A stretch of DNA of 64,000 bases, taken from positions 1,010 through 65,009 of the forward strand of contig JARGFH010000011.1 of assembly GCA_029210695.1 (NCBI GenBank). The letters run 5' to 3'. Source of the DNA: Acidimicrobiia bacterium. Its GTDB lineage: Bacteria > Actinomycetota > Acidimicrobiia > Spongiisociales > JAHEDJ01. Both the position numbers and the translations under genes were made by a program. Below are positions 47,358 through 57,117 of this stretch, in pieces. Under the pieces are notes generated by a model, which saw only the letters and a list, made by a program, of their open reading frames with translations, ran no database searches and was not told the DNA's origin. The first letter of the stretch is position 1. The number at the start of each line of letters is the position of its first letter.

Positions 47358-47398
47358 TTCGCGCTCCTGTGAGTGAAGTCGCAGGAGGGCGCGAAACG

Positions 47399-47878
47399 TT
47401 ACGGGGTCTCGGCAGAAGCCTCCGGACAAACGATCTCGATGGAGGCGCCCAGGAGCACCCCGGCCATCAACCCGTCGTCCTCGTCGACCTCCACCGCACC
47501 TCCATCCGACAACCGATCGATGTACTCGGCCAGCAGGTCATCGGTGGTCATGCCCTCGGCAAGAAGGTCACAGAACAGTTCGGCGGTGGCGATGAAGACT
47601 TCTGGATCCTCGAGGGCGGCACCCTCGTAGGTCGTTCCGATCATCTCCGCTTCGATGGCCGCGACAAGGGCTGCGTAATCCGGAACAAAACCGGTCGTGG
47701 TCGTCGCCGATTGGACCGGCCGAGAAACCGTCGACGTCGTAGGAGCTTGCGAAGCTTGAGTCGACCCGGTCACGGTTGCCTCCGTGTCGACTGCCCGTCC
47801 CGCACATCCGGCGAGCAGCATCGACCCCGCCGCAACAACTGCGATGACGAGTCGGGCCCTGGCCATTAACAGATCCAT
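47399..47878 (-). CDS. Hypothetical lipoprotein (LLAGC lipobox, two conserved Cys in the mature domain)
   Basis: Residues MDLLMARARLVIAVVAAGSMLLAGCAG, then a Thr-rich linker. Confidence 0.5.
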   Translation of the reverse strand: MDLLMARARLVIAVVAAGSMLLAGCAGRAVDTEATVTGSTQASQAPTTSTVSRPVQSATTTTGFVPDYAALVAAIEAEMIGTTYEGAALEDPEVFIATAELFCDLLAEGMTTDDLLAEYIDRLSDGGAVEVDEDDGLMAGVLLGASIEIVCPEASAETP

Positions 47879-47974
47879 CCGGGGACAGAATACGGGTTGA
47901 ACCCGAGTAACCGGGCGCAGCCGGCATTGTGCCACCGATTATTCTGGACCACCAGCTCCTACCTGCGAGGCACC

Positions 47975-50086
47975 ATGACCGCCCATCCGCCAATTGCCGA
48001 CCGCCGACCCGAGGCGATGACCAGCCACGGTCACACCAGAGAAGACCCCTACTCGTGGTTGAAAGACGTCAACTGGCAACAAGTGATGCGCGACCCTTCG
48101 GTACTTGCGCCAGACATCCGTGCCTACCTGGAGGCTGAGAACGCCTATACCGAGGTGATGCTGGCCGGGACGACGGAGCTTCAGAACGAGCTTTTCGATG
48201 AGATGAAGGGCCGCATCAAGGAGGACGACAGCTCCGTTCCCACCCCCGACGGACCGTGGGAGTACTACCGGCGCTTCGACACCGGCGGGCAATACCCGAT
48301 CTTCTGCCGCAAACCACTCGGCTCCAACGATGAGCAGATCCTGCTCAACGGGGACGTCGAGTCGATCGGCAAGGACTTCTATCGGATCCACACGGCCGAG
48401 CCCAGCCCCGATCATCGCTACCTCGCCTATTCGGTGGACGAACAGGGCAGCGAGTTCTACACCATCCGGGTCCGCGAGCTGGACACGGGCGAAGATCTCA
48501 GTGATTCGATACACGACGCCAGCGGTGCCATCGAATGGTCGGCAGACTCTGCCTCGCTCGTCTACCTGAAACTGGACAAGAGCAATCGTCCCGTCTGGGC
48601 CTTCCTCCATGTACTCGGCACCGACCAGGCCGACGACAGGCTCCTCTATGAGGAGTCGGATCCGGGCTTCTACATCAATCTCGGCAGAACTGAGAGCGGG
48701 AACTACATCGAGATCGTCGCCGCCGACCACGAGACATCTGAGGTGAGGCTCGTCGACGCCGCCCGGCCGGATAGCCCACCGATCATGATCGCCGAGCGGG
48801 ACCCCGGCACCCTGTACACGGTTGGTGAGCAACACGGACGGCTGTACATCAACACCAACGCCGGGGGCGCTGAGGACTTCTCGATCGTCACGGCTGAGGT
48901 GGCATCTCCGGGCAAGGACTCCTGGTCTGTGGTGGTCCCCCATCGACCAGGCACGTTGATCCTCGGCTCGATCGTGTTCCGACGCCACCTGGTCAGGCTC
49001 GAGACCCGGGAGGGCCTTCCGCGGATTGTCATCAGGGATCTCGCCTCCGAAGAGGACCATGTCATTGCCATGGATGAAGAGGTCTACGACCTCGGGTTCG
49101 CCTCACTGCGCGAATACACAAGCACGCTCCGGTTCACGTACAGCTCACCCACGACACCGCTGCGGGTTTACGACTACGAACTCGACTCCGGCCGACAGAC
49201 AATGCGAAAGGAACAAGAGGTCCCGAGCGGCCACCGCCCGGACGACTACGTGACCGGACGTGTCTTCGCCGACGGCCACGATGGCGAGCGAATCCCCATC
49301 ACACTCCTGTACCGCAAGGGCACGCCACTCGACGGGACCGCGCCATGTCTCCTCTACGGATACGGTTCGTACGGATTCAGTATGCCGGCCTCGTTCAGCA
49401 CCAACAGACTGAGCCTGGTCGATCGCGGGTTCGTCTACGCCATCGCCCACGTCCGGGGCGGCAAAGAGGGCGGCTACCGCTGGTACACGGCCGGGAAGCG
49501 ACTTCACAAGCGCAACACATTCCTCGACTTCATGTCGGCAGCCAATGCGCTAGTCGAGATGCACTACACCTCGGCCGGGAGGATCGTGATCTTCGGCGGC
49601 AGTGCGGGCGGATTGCTGGTGGGAGTGGCCGTCAACATGGCGCCGCCCGGCCTGCTGGCAGGCGCCATCGCCGAGGTCCCGTTCGTCGACGTTCTGACCA
49701 CGATGCACGACACCGATTTGCCACTGACACCGATGGAGTGGCCCGAGTGGGGCAACCCGATCGACGATGCGGACGCCTATGAGTACATCGCCTCATACTC
49801 CCCTTACGACAACGTGGAAGCCAGGGAGTATCCGCCCCTGCTGGTGACGGCCGGACTCACCGATCCGCGCGTCACCTACTGGGAGCCGGCCAAATGGGTC
49901 GCGAAGCTGCGAGCTACGAAGACCACCGACAGCCTGCTGGTTATGCGAACCCGCATGGGGGCAGGTCACGCCGGGGCCTCTGGTCGCTTCGATGCACTGA
50001 AAGAACTGGCCGAGGATTACGCCTTCGCCCTAGAGGTCACAGGCAAGGACCCAGCGAGAACACGGCTATCGGCCGGGTCGGCCTGA
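47975..50086 (+). CDS. ptrB: S9-family prolyl oligopeptidase / oligopeptidase B
   Basis: N-terminal beta-propeller region starting HGHTREDPYSWLKD, plus a C-terminal catalytic domain with GGSAGGLLVG (Ser nucleophile). Confidence 0.85.
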   Translation: MTAHPPIADRRPEAMTSHGHTREDPYSWLKDVNWQQVMRDPSVLAPDIRAYLEAENAYTEVMLAGTTELQNELFDEMKGRIKEDDSSVPTPDGPWEYYRRFDTGGQYPIFCRKPLGSNDEQILLNGDVESIGKDFYRIHTAEPSPDHRYLAYSVDEQGSEFYTIRVRELDTGEDLSDSIHDASGAIEWSADSASLVYLKLDKSNRPVWAFLHVLGTDQADDRLLYEESDPGFYINLGRTESGNYIEIVAADHETSEVRLVDAARPDSPPIMIAERDPGTLYTVGEQHGRLYINTNAGGAEDFSIVTAEVASPGKDSWSVVVPHRPGTLILGSIVFRRHLVRLETREGLPRIVIRDLASEEDHVIAMDEEVYDLGFASLREYTSTLRFTYSSPTTPLRVYDYELDSGRQTMRKEQEVPSGHRPDDYVTGRVFADGHDGERIPITLLYRKGTPLDGTAPCLLYGYGSYGFSMPASFSTNRLSLVDRGFVYAIAHVRGGKEGGYRWYTAGKRLHKRNTFLDFMSAANALVEMHYTSAGRIVIFGGSAGGLLVGVAVNMAPPGLLAGAIAEVPFVDVLTTMHDTDLPLTPMEWPEWGNPIDDADAYEYIASYSPYDNVEAREYPPLLVTAGLTDPRVTYWEPAKWVAKLRATKTTDSLLVMRTRMGAGHAGASGRFDALKELAEDYAFALEVTGKDPARTRLSAGSA

Positions 50087-50947
50087 ACCGAACTCGGCGC
50101 CGATGCCGAGCCGTTCGGCAGTCCGCAAGGCGCGGACGGCTCCCGCCACGTCCTGACTGGCGAGTCCGACCGACTTGAACACTGTGGTACCTGCAGGAGC
50201 GACACTTCCTTCCAGCAGGTCCGTGAGCGTGGCGTCGGGCCGGCGCCCGATCCGCATCAGATCGCCTGCCTCCGCGGCCGCTGCATCGAGATCGTCGACA
50301 ACAACGAAGGCGTCGCTCAGCAGTGCTCCCGGCAGTTCCACCATTTCGGAGGTGTAGGCACCGACGGCGTTGAAGTGCGTTCCCTCTCTGACGGCCGAGG
50401 GGGAGAAAAGGGGTTCGAGGGAGGGGGTGGCGCACGAGACGATATCCGCCGCCGCCACTGCGGTGCCGGCGTCCAGTTCGACCTCCCCACCGACCCGGTC
50501 CGCCAGGGCCGCGGCCCTGGCCCGGGACCGACTCCATACGATGACGCGCTCGATCGGTCTCACCGCTCGCACGGCCTCGACCTGATCGAAGGCCATCGCT
50601 CCGGCGCCCAGCATCGCCATGGTTCGCGCCTCGGCAGGGGCAAGGAACCGCGTCGCCAATCCCGAGGCGGCACCCGTCCTGATCGACGTCAACGTCGACC
50701 CATCCACCATTCCGAGCGGAGATCCATCATCGTCAAAGACAACCACCACGCCCACCGGGTTGCCCGGTTCGATCGAGACCACTTTGACACCTGTTGTGTG
50801 GCCGACCCGGCCGGGCATGAACAGCGAGCCGCCCAACAACTGACGCAGCGGCACCTGGCGGTCCGACCCAAAGGCCGCCTCCATCGCTTCAATCGCGTCA
50901 GGCATCGAGAGCGATTCGCGCAGCTCGATCGGACCCAACCACCGCAT
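50066..50947 (-). CDS. Ornithine cyclodeaminase / mu-crystallin family protein
   Basis: Rossmann motif MAMLGAGAMA plus overall OCD-like sequence. Confidence 0.7.
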   Translation of the reverse strand: MRWLGPIELRESLSMPDAIEAMEAAFGSDRQVPLRQLLGGSLFMPGRVGHTTGVKVVSIEPGNPVGVVVVFDDDGSPLGMVDGSTLTSIRTGAASGLATRFLAPAEARTMAMLGAGAMAFDQVEAVRAVRPIERVIVWSRSRARAAALADRVGGEVELDAGTAVAAADIVSCATPSLEPLFSPSAVREGTHFNAVGAYTSEMVELPGALLSDAFVVVDDLDAAAAEAGDLMRIGRRPDATLTDLLEGSVAPAGTTVFKSVGLASQDVAGAVRALRTAERLGIGAEFGSGRPGR

Positions 50948-52185
50948 CAGGCGAGCACGCTCTTGGCTGCCACGCTGATCGGCTCACGATCCACCGCCAG
51001 CAAGGACATCGGTACGTCGGTGTCGAAGGGCGCTCGTTCACCAGTAATCGCCTGAGCGACCATCGATCCGATCATGGGGGCCAGCTTGAATCCATGACCA
51101 CTTAGGCCGTTGGCGAGCCAGTAGCCGTCCATCCCGCTCGGTCCAACGACGGGATGGACATCGGTGCGGTTGATCGTGTAGAGGCCGGCGATGCCCGAAA
51201 CGCCCCCGCGGTACGGCAGGTCCGGGATCCGATGGTGCAAACCATGAATCCGGATGTCGCGGAAGGCGGCATCGGCCCCGGTGTTGAAGTTGTCGGGATC
51301 CTCGACCACCTCTTGCTCGTCCTCTTCGAGAACCGAGCCGAACAGGATCCGGCTTCCGGCCGCGTCCGGTCGGAAGTAGAGGCCGGTGGAAGCTTCCACG
51401 GTGACGGGAACCCGACCGAGGTCCGAGGGCCAATCGCGATATCCAACCTGAACCCGGGTTGGTTCGAGCGGCCAAAGGAGATCGAGGCCGGCCAACTGGT
51501 TCAGCCGACCGCACCACGGGCCGGCGGCATTGACCACCACATCCGCCTCGATGGAGCTGCCGTCGGCGAGATCGACACCGACCACCCGATCACCTTTCTT
51601 GCGCACACCGGTTACCTGAGCACGAAAGCGTACGGATCCGCCATTGTTGCGTGTTGCCTCAACGAGATCGGTGTTGGCCGCAGACGGATCGGCGAACCCT
51701 GCATCGTCTTCGAACACGGCCAGTTCGATCGGGCGGCAGGTGTGTTCGATCTCGCCGGAGAGATCGAACGGCTCAATGCATGGAGACAGGCTCGGAAACC
51801 GCTCAACGAGTTCGTCGGCCGTCAGCAGGGAAATCGCCACCCCCTCGTCCGCCAGGCGGGTGCGCTCGGTCTCGAGCTTCCCGCGATCCTCGTTGAGCAA
51901 CCACAAAACGCCGGTATGGGTGAACTCATTCCCGGGACTCTCGAGCCCGGTGAACTCCGCCCAATTGCGATAGGCGGCTAGTCCATCGCGGGCGAGACGG
52001 ACGACCTGAGCATTCGAATACCGGCAGCGACAAATCGAGGAAGAGGCTCCGGTTGAGCCCTCCGCCGGCCCTGCTCCCTTATCGAGAAGTACGACTTTCA
52101 TCCGAGAGCGGCGGGCGATCTGATAGGCGATGGAGCTTCCAACGATCCCCGCGCCAACTACTACGACATCAGCTGAATCGTGCAT
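50947..52185 (-). CDS. FAD-dependent oxidoreductase (DAO / sarcosine-oxidase-beta-like)
   Basis: N-terminal DVVVVGAGIVGSSIAYQIARR dinucleotide-binding motif. Coupled to the OCD gene by a 1-nt overlap. Confidence 0.8.
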   Translation of the reverse strand: MHDSADVVVVGAGIVGSSIAYQIARRSRMKVVLLDKGAGPAEGSTGASSSICRCRYSNAQVVRLARDGLAAYRNWAEFTGLESPGNEFTHTGVLWLLNEDRGKLETERTRLADEGVAISLLTADELVERFPSLSPCIEPFDLSGEIEHTCRPIELAVFEDDAGFADPSAANTDLVEATRNNGGSVRFRAQVTGVRKKGDRVVGVDLADGSSIEADVVVNAAGPWCGRLNQLAGLDLLWPLEPTRVQVGYRDWPSDLGRVPVTVEASTGLYFRPDAAGSRILFGSVLEEDEQEVVEDPDNFNTGADAAFRDIRIHGLHHRIPDLPYRGGVSGIAGLYTINRTDVHPVVGPSGMDGYWLANGLSGHGFKLAPMIGSMVAQAITGERAPFDTDVPMSLLAVDREPISVAAKSVLA

Positions 52186-52194
52186 TGGGTCAGA

Positions 52195-52857
52195 CTACTT
52201 CAGGTGGTTCTGGAACCCCGCCAGCGAGGCGCAAGCCATCTGGTGCAGGATCCGGCGATGCCGGGAAGCCTCGATGCGGAGGTCGGCAGTTTCGCGCGCA
52301 GCCGATCCGATGAGCCCCATCACCGCGTGGGCCGCTGCGCGAGCCTCGTCGAGGGTGAGCTCCGGGTGCAATTTGATGATCACCTCGGCCCATGCGTCCG
52401 TGTAGCGCGCGTCGTTGCGTTCAGCCGCCCGCTGGTAATACTCCGGAACGTACCGAAGTTCGCGTACGAGCAGCATCAAGGCGGCTCCCTGATCTAATGC
52501 CAGCGTCGTGTGCGTGGAGATGAGATCATCGAGTGCCGCCCCCGGCTGTAGACCTTCAATCCGGTCGATGGCGGAACGCAGCAACTCCCAGATACGATCG
52601 AAGACCCCAAGCAGGATCTCGTCCTTCCCGGCGAAGTGCCGGTAGAGACCCGGGCCGGTGATTCCGGCGGCTGCTCCGATCTCATCAATCGAGGTTGCGT
52701 GGAACCCCTGCCGGTGGAACAGAACCTCGGCCGCGTCGATGATCTGCTCTCGTCGTTTTCGACCGCGAGCAGTGGGCGCCTCCTGTGCCACGACGTCGCT
52801 GGCTTCCATCATTACCCCTTCCGGCGGGGTGCCGGCCGCCGCCGGCACCCCTCGCAA
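52195..52857 (-). CDS. TetR/AcrR family transcriptional regulator
   Basis: HTH LFHRQGFHATSIDEIGAAAGITGPGLYRHFAGK. The start may be the Met at 52812. Confidence 0.8.
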   Translation of the reverse strand: MRGVPAAAGTPPEGVMMEASDVVAQEAPTARGRKRREQIIDAAEVLFHRQGFHATSIDEIGAAAGITGPGLYRHFAGKDEILLGVFDRIWELLRSAIDRIEGLQPGAALDDLISTHTTLALDQGAALMLLVRELRYVPEYYQRAAERNDARYTDAWAEVIIKLHPELTLDEARAAAHAVMGLIGSAARETADLRIEASRHRRILHQMACASLAGFQNHLK

Positions 52858-52864
52858 TCATTGA

Positions 52865-54001
52865 TCAGAGACCAAGTGCTTCGGCCAGCAGCCGCCGCTG
52901 GTGTCGGACACCACCGAACATCAAGGACGTGCTCTTCGCCCGCTTGAAGTACAGGTGCGTGTCGTGCTCCCAGGTGAAGCCGGTGCCGCCCAGGATCTGA
53001 ATCGTGTCCGAGGCCGCCCCTAGGTATGCCTCAGAGCAAACCGACTTGGCGAGCGGGGCTGCGACCAGCATCTCGGTGGCATCATCGACAATCCGGGCGG
53101 CGTGGTAGGCCGTCGACTTGGCGTGTTCCACCGAAACGAGCATATCTGCCAACCGGTGTTTGATCGCCTGGAAGGAACCGATCGCCCGGCCGAACTGGAA
53201 TCGGGTCTGCCCGTGCTCCACCGAGGTCTCGAGACACCATTGCGCGCCGCCGACCTGTTCGAGCGACAGCGCCACGGATGCCAGCCGTAGAACCTGATCG
53301 ATCACGTCGCCTGCGGTTCCTTCGCTTCCGAGCAGAGCCTCGGGACCCAAACGGACCCCGGCGAAGGTCACGGTGGCTTGCTTGCGGATTGCGTCGAGGG
53401 TCGGCACATGTTCGGCACTCAAACCGCCGGCGTCCGCCGGAACCAGGAACAGGCTGAGGCCATTCGGAGTTCTGGCCGCCGTGACGATTGTCCCGGCAAC
53501 ATGCCCGAACAAGACGTTCTTCTTCACACCGTCCAAAACCCAGTCCCCACCATCCTGTGCAGCGGTCATCCGGATGTCGTCGGTCACGGCACCGTGCGAC
53601 CCCTCGAATAGCGCCATGGTCATCACGGACTCACCCATCGCGATGCCGGGGAGAAGCTCTTTCTTCTGCGAGTCGCTACCGCCGATCAGAATGGCGTTGG
53701 CAGCCATGACAACCGTCGAGAGGAACGGTCCGGGAAACAGTGCGCGTCCCATTTCCTCGAGAACGACACTCAACTCGGCAAAGGTGTACCCGGCTCCGCC
53801 GTACTCCTCCGGGATGGCCAGCGAGTGCCAGCCCAACTCGGCGCCGGATTGCCACAACGCGGCGTCAAACCCGGTCTCGGTTTCCATCAGATCACGCACC
53901 ACCGTCGGGGAAACCCGGTCTGCGAGGAACTGGCGAGTCGTCTGACGGAGCATCTCTTGCTCTTCCGTGAGTGCGAAGGTCACACGAGGAGTATCACCCA
54001 C
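52865..54001 (-). CDS. Acyl-CoA dehydrogenase (downstream member of an overlapping ACAD pair)
   Basis: Residues LTEEQEMLRQTTRQF ... catalytic C-terminal region ... IQILGGTGFTWEH. Confidence 0.85.
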   Translation of the reverse strand: MGDTPRVTFALTEEQEMLRQTTRQFLADRVSPTVVRDLMETETGFDAALWQSGAELGWHSLAIPEEYGGAGYTFAELSVVLEEMGRALFPGPFLSTVVMAANAILIGGSDSQKKELLPGIAMGESVMTMALFEGSHGAVTDDIRMTAAQDGGDWVLDGVKKNVLFGHVAGTIVTAARTPNGLSLFLVPADAGGLSAEHVPTLDAIRKQATVTFAGVRLGPEALLGSEGTAGDVIDQVLRLASVALSLEQVGGAQWCLETSVEHGQTRFQFGRAIGSFQAIKHRLADMLVSVEHAKSTAYHAARIVDDATEMLVAAPLAKSVCSEAYLGAASDTIQILGGTGFTWEHDTHLYFKRAKSTSLMFGGVRHQRRLLAEALGL

Positions 54002-55193
54002 GGGGCACCTCCTTCCACGGCAGGTCCTTGTCGACGCGCGGCTCGCCCGGCAACCCGAGCACTCGTTCTCCGAGGATGTTGCGCATGATCTCGGACGTAC
54101 CGCCCTCGATCGAGTTGGCCCTGGCCCGCAAGAAGTTGCGTTGAGGTGAACCAGCGTCCTCGAACTCCGTCGGACGATGCAGTTCGTACCCTCCCGGATA
54201 CAGCGTGCCGTCCCAGCCCATCAACTCGACCGAGAAGGCCGTGATTGCTTTGTTGAGGTCTGCCCAGGCGAGTTTTCCCGTTGATCCCTCGGGACCGGGG
54301 ATACCCGCTTTGCGCATCTGGTTGGCCCGCTCGACGGTGAGCCGCAGGGCTTCCCATTCGGCCCACAGGCGGGTTAGCTCGTCCCGAAGGGCGGGATCGT
54401 CGTGACCATATTCGCGCCAGGCTCTGATGGCATCCTTGATCGAACCGCTGCCGCGCGGCAGCGAGCGGCTGCCGATGGCGACGCGCTCGTTCATGAGGGT
54501 GGTCATCGAAACACGCCATCCGGCACCGACGTCGTCGAGGCGGTATTCGTCGGGAATCCGCACGTCGTCGAAAAAGACCTCGTTGAACTCTGCCTCACCG
54601 GTGATCTGATAGAGAGGACGCACGTCGACCCCGTCGGCTTCCATGTCGACTATGAAGTAGGTGATGCCCTTGTGCTTCGGGACGTCGGGATCGGTGCGAA
54701 CGGGCAGCATGCCCCACTTGGCGATATGGGCGAGTGTCGTCCACACCTTTTGTCCGTTGACGATCCATTCATCACCGTCCCGCACTGCTTTGGCGGAGAG
54801 GTTGGCGAGGTCCGATCCGGCCCCCGGTTCGCTGAAGAGCTGACACCACATGTCTTCAGTGGTGAACATCGGACGCAGCCATTTGTGCATCTGCTCGGCG
54901 GTCCCGTGCGCGGAGATGACTCCGGCTCCCATACCGATGCCGAGAAGGTTGATTTGCCGGTTCCAGGTCGGCGCTCCGGCCGCCTCGATACGACGTTGGA
55001 CGATTGATTGGTATTTCGGGCTGACCCCGAGACCGCCGAATCCCTCGGGATACTGCACCCACGCCAGGCCCAGGTCGTATTGCCTACCCCAGAACTCCTG
55101 AGGTTCCATGGACGGGTCGTATCCGCTGAGAAGTTCGTCGAGCTTCCCGGTGACCAGCGCCTCCGCCTTATCGGCAGCGATCGTGTCGGTCAT
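53994..55193 (-). CDS. Acyl-CoA dehydrogenase (upstream member; 8-nt overlap with the next ACAD)
   Basis: Residues MTDTIA ... WIVNGQKVWTT ... GGTSEIMRNILGE. The ORF portion upstream of 55193 is non-native. Confidence 0.8.
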   Translation of the reverse strand: MTDTIAADKAEALVTGKLDELLSGYDPSMEPQEFWGRQYDLGLAWVQYPEGFGGLGVSPKYQSIVQRRIEAAGAPTWNRQINLLGIGMGAGVISAHGTAEQMHKWLRPMFTTEDMWCQLFSEPGAGSDLANLSAKAVRDGDEWIVNGQKVWTTLAHIAKWGMLPVRTDPDVPKHKGITYFIVDMEADGVDVRPLYQITGEAEFNEVFFDDVRIPDEYRLDDVGAGWRVSMTTLMNERVAIGSRSLPRGSGSIKDAIRAWREYGHDDPALRDELTRLWAEWEALRLTVERANQMRKAGIPGPEGSTGKLAWADLNKAITAFSVELMGWDGTLYPGGYELHRPTEFEDAGSPQRNFLRARANSIEGGTSEIMRNILGERVLGLPGEPRVDKDLPWKEVPRG

Positions 55194-55277
55194 TGGCGCT
55201 CCTCCATCATGACGGACGCCGGGCCCGTCAGTTAGTGTACGTTCACAATAGCAGCGGCAAAGGACAGGAGGCAGGCC

Positions 55278-56072
55278 GTGGAGATCCAGGATCGGTCGAT
55301 CGTCGTGACCGGAGCCGGCCATGGCATCGGTGCCGCCATGGCCCGGGCGTTCGCCGCCAACGGGGCGCGGGGCGTCACCGTGGCGGACATCGACGGTGAC
55401 GCCGCGCTCGATGTGGCTGGCGCAATCGATGGCCTCGCCGTTCAAGCGGACGTTGCCGACGAACAGGCAGTGCGCGGCATTGTGGCTGCCGCCGAGGAGG
55501 CCTTTGGACCGATCGATATCTTCTGCTCAAACGCCGGGATTGCTGCACAAGGCGGCGTTGAAATGACCAACGACGCCTGGCAGCGGACCTGGGACGTAAA
55601 TGTGATGTCCCACGTTTACGCAGCCAGGGCCGTTGTGCCGTCAATGCTGGCGCGACGAGAAGGCTATCTAGTCAACACGGCGTCTGCCGCCGGACTCCTG
55701 ACGAACATCGGAGCCGCCGCCTATTCGGTGACGAAGCACGCAGCCGTGGCGCTTGCCGAATGGCTGTCGGTCACGTACGGGGATGCCGGTCTGCGGGTAT
55801 CAGCCGTGTGCCCCCAGTTCGTCAATACTGCCATGCTCGAGGACATGGCATCCGATCCGGCGCTGAGCGGATGGGTGAACCGGGCGACGATTGAACCGGA
55901 GGACGTTGCCCGGGCGGTCATCGCCGGCATCGAAGCCGAACGTTTCCTGATTCTCCCCCATGAAGAGGTCGGAGAGTTCTTCATACGCAAGGCCACGGAC
56001 TACGAGCGATGGCTGGGCGGCATGCGCCGCCTCCAGGCAGAGCTGATCGGTGACGCACCCGGCAACGGGTGA
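55278..56072 (+). CDS. SDR-family oxidoreductase
   Basis: Residues VTGAGHGIGAAMA ... YSVTKHA (YxxxK). Confidence 0.85.
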   Translation: MEIQDRSIVVTGAGHGIGAAMARAFAANGARGVTVADIDGDAALDVAGAIDGLAVQADVADEQAVRGIVAAAEEAFGPIDIFCSNAGIAAQGGVEMTNDAWQRTWDVNVMSHVYAARAVVPSMLARREGYLVNTASAAGLLTNIGAAAYSVTKHAAVALAEWLSVTYGDAGLRVSAVCPQFVNTAMLEDMASDPALSGWVNRATIEPEDVARAVIAGIEAERFLILPHEEVGEFFIRKATDYERWLGGMRRLQAELIGDAPGNG

Positions 56073-56103
56073 ACGTAGGCTTACAACAGACCAAAGGAGC
56101 ACC

Positions 56104-57081
56104 ATGCTGAAGACCAGGATCACTGAGATGTTCGGAGTCCAGCACCCCATCATTCAGGGCGGATTGATGTGGATCGCCAACGCAGACCTGACCTCGGCCG
56201 TTGCCAATGCAGGCGCGATGGGTTTCATGACCGCCTTGAGTTTCGAGACACCGGAAGATCTACGCAAGGAGATCCGTCGCTGCCGGGATCTCACCGACAA
56301 GCCGTTCGGCGTGAATCTGACCTTCCTTCCCTCGCTCCGTCAGCCCGACTACCCGGCTTACCTCATGGCCTGCGCCGAGGAGGGGATCGAATTCATCGAA
56401 ACGGCAGGCCGCAACCCCGAGCCGTACATGGAGCATCTCAAGGCGGCCGGCATGAAGGTGATCCACAAATGCACATCGGTGCGTCACGCGCTGAAGGCAC
56501 AGGCGATCGGATGCGACGCCGTCTCGATCGATGGCTTCGAATGTGCCGGCCATCCCGGGGAGGACGACGTGACGTCGCTCATCCTGATCCCGGTCACCGC
56601 CGACGCCCTCGACATACCGATCGTGGCGTCGGGTGGCTTCGGCGATGGCCGTGGCCTGGCGGCCGCCCTGGCACTCGGCGCAGATGGGATGAACATGGGG
56701 ACGCGCTTCGTTGCCACACAGGAAGCTCCTCTTCACCAGAATCTCAAGCAGGCGATGGTCGACTACGGCGAGACCGACACGACCCTCGTCATGCGATCAC
56801 TCCGAAACACCGAGCGCGTCCTGCGGACCGAGACTGCCGAGAAGGTGATCGAGATCGAAGCGACGGGCACGGCCACCATCGCCGACATCGCTCAGTACGT
56901 CTCGGGCAAGCGAGGCTACGAGCAGGTTCTCAAGCAGGGCAACGTTCAGGAAGGCGTGATGGCCGCCGGCCAGGTCATGGGCCTGATCCACGACATCCCA
57001 ACAGTGGCTGAGTTGATCGACCGGATCATGGCGGAGGCCGAAGACATCATCGCCGGCCGCCTGGCCGGAATGGCCCGCTGA
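56104..57081 (+). CDS. Nitronate monooxygenase (NMO / 2-nitropropane dioxygenase-like, FMN-dependent)
   Basis: Residues MLKTRITEMFGVQHPIIQGGLMWIANADLTSAVANAGAMG ... IVASGGFGDG. RBS caaaggag. Confidence 0.85.
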   Translation: MLKTRITEMFGVQHPIIQGGLMWIANADLTSAVANAGAMGFMTALSFETPEDLRKEIRRCRDLTDKPFGVNLTFLPSLRQPDYPAYLMACAEEGIEFIETAGRNPEPYMEHLKAAGMKVIHKCTSVRHALKAQAIGCDAVSIDGFECAGHPGEDDVTSLILIPVTADALDIPIVASGGFGDGRGLAAALALGADGMNMGTRFVATQEAPLHQNLKQAMVDYGETDTTLVMRSLRNTERVLRTETAEKVIEIEATGTATIADIAQYVSGKRGYEQVLKQGNVQEGVMAAGQVMGLIHDIPTVAELIDRIMAEAEDIIAGRLAGMAR

Positions 57082-57117
57082 GCGATTCCCCCGGCTCCCA
57101 TTGTCGGGTGAATCTGG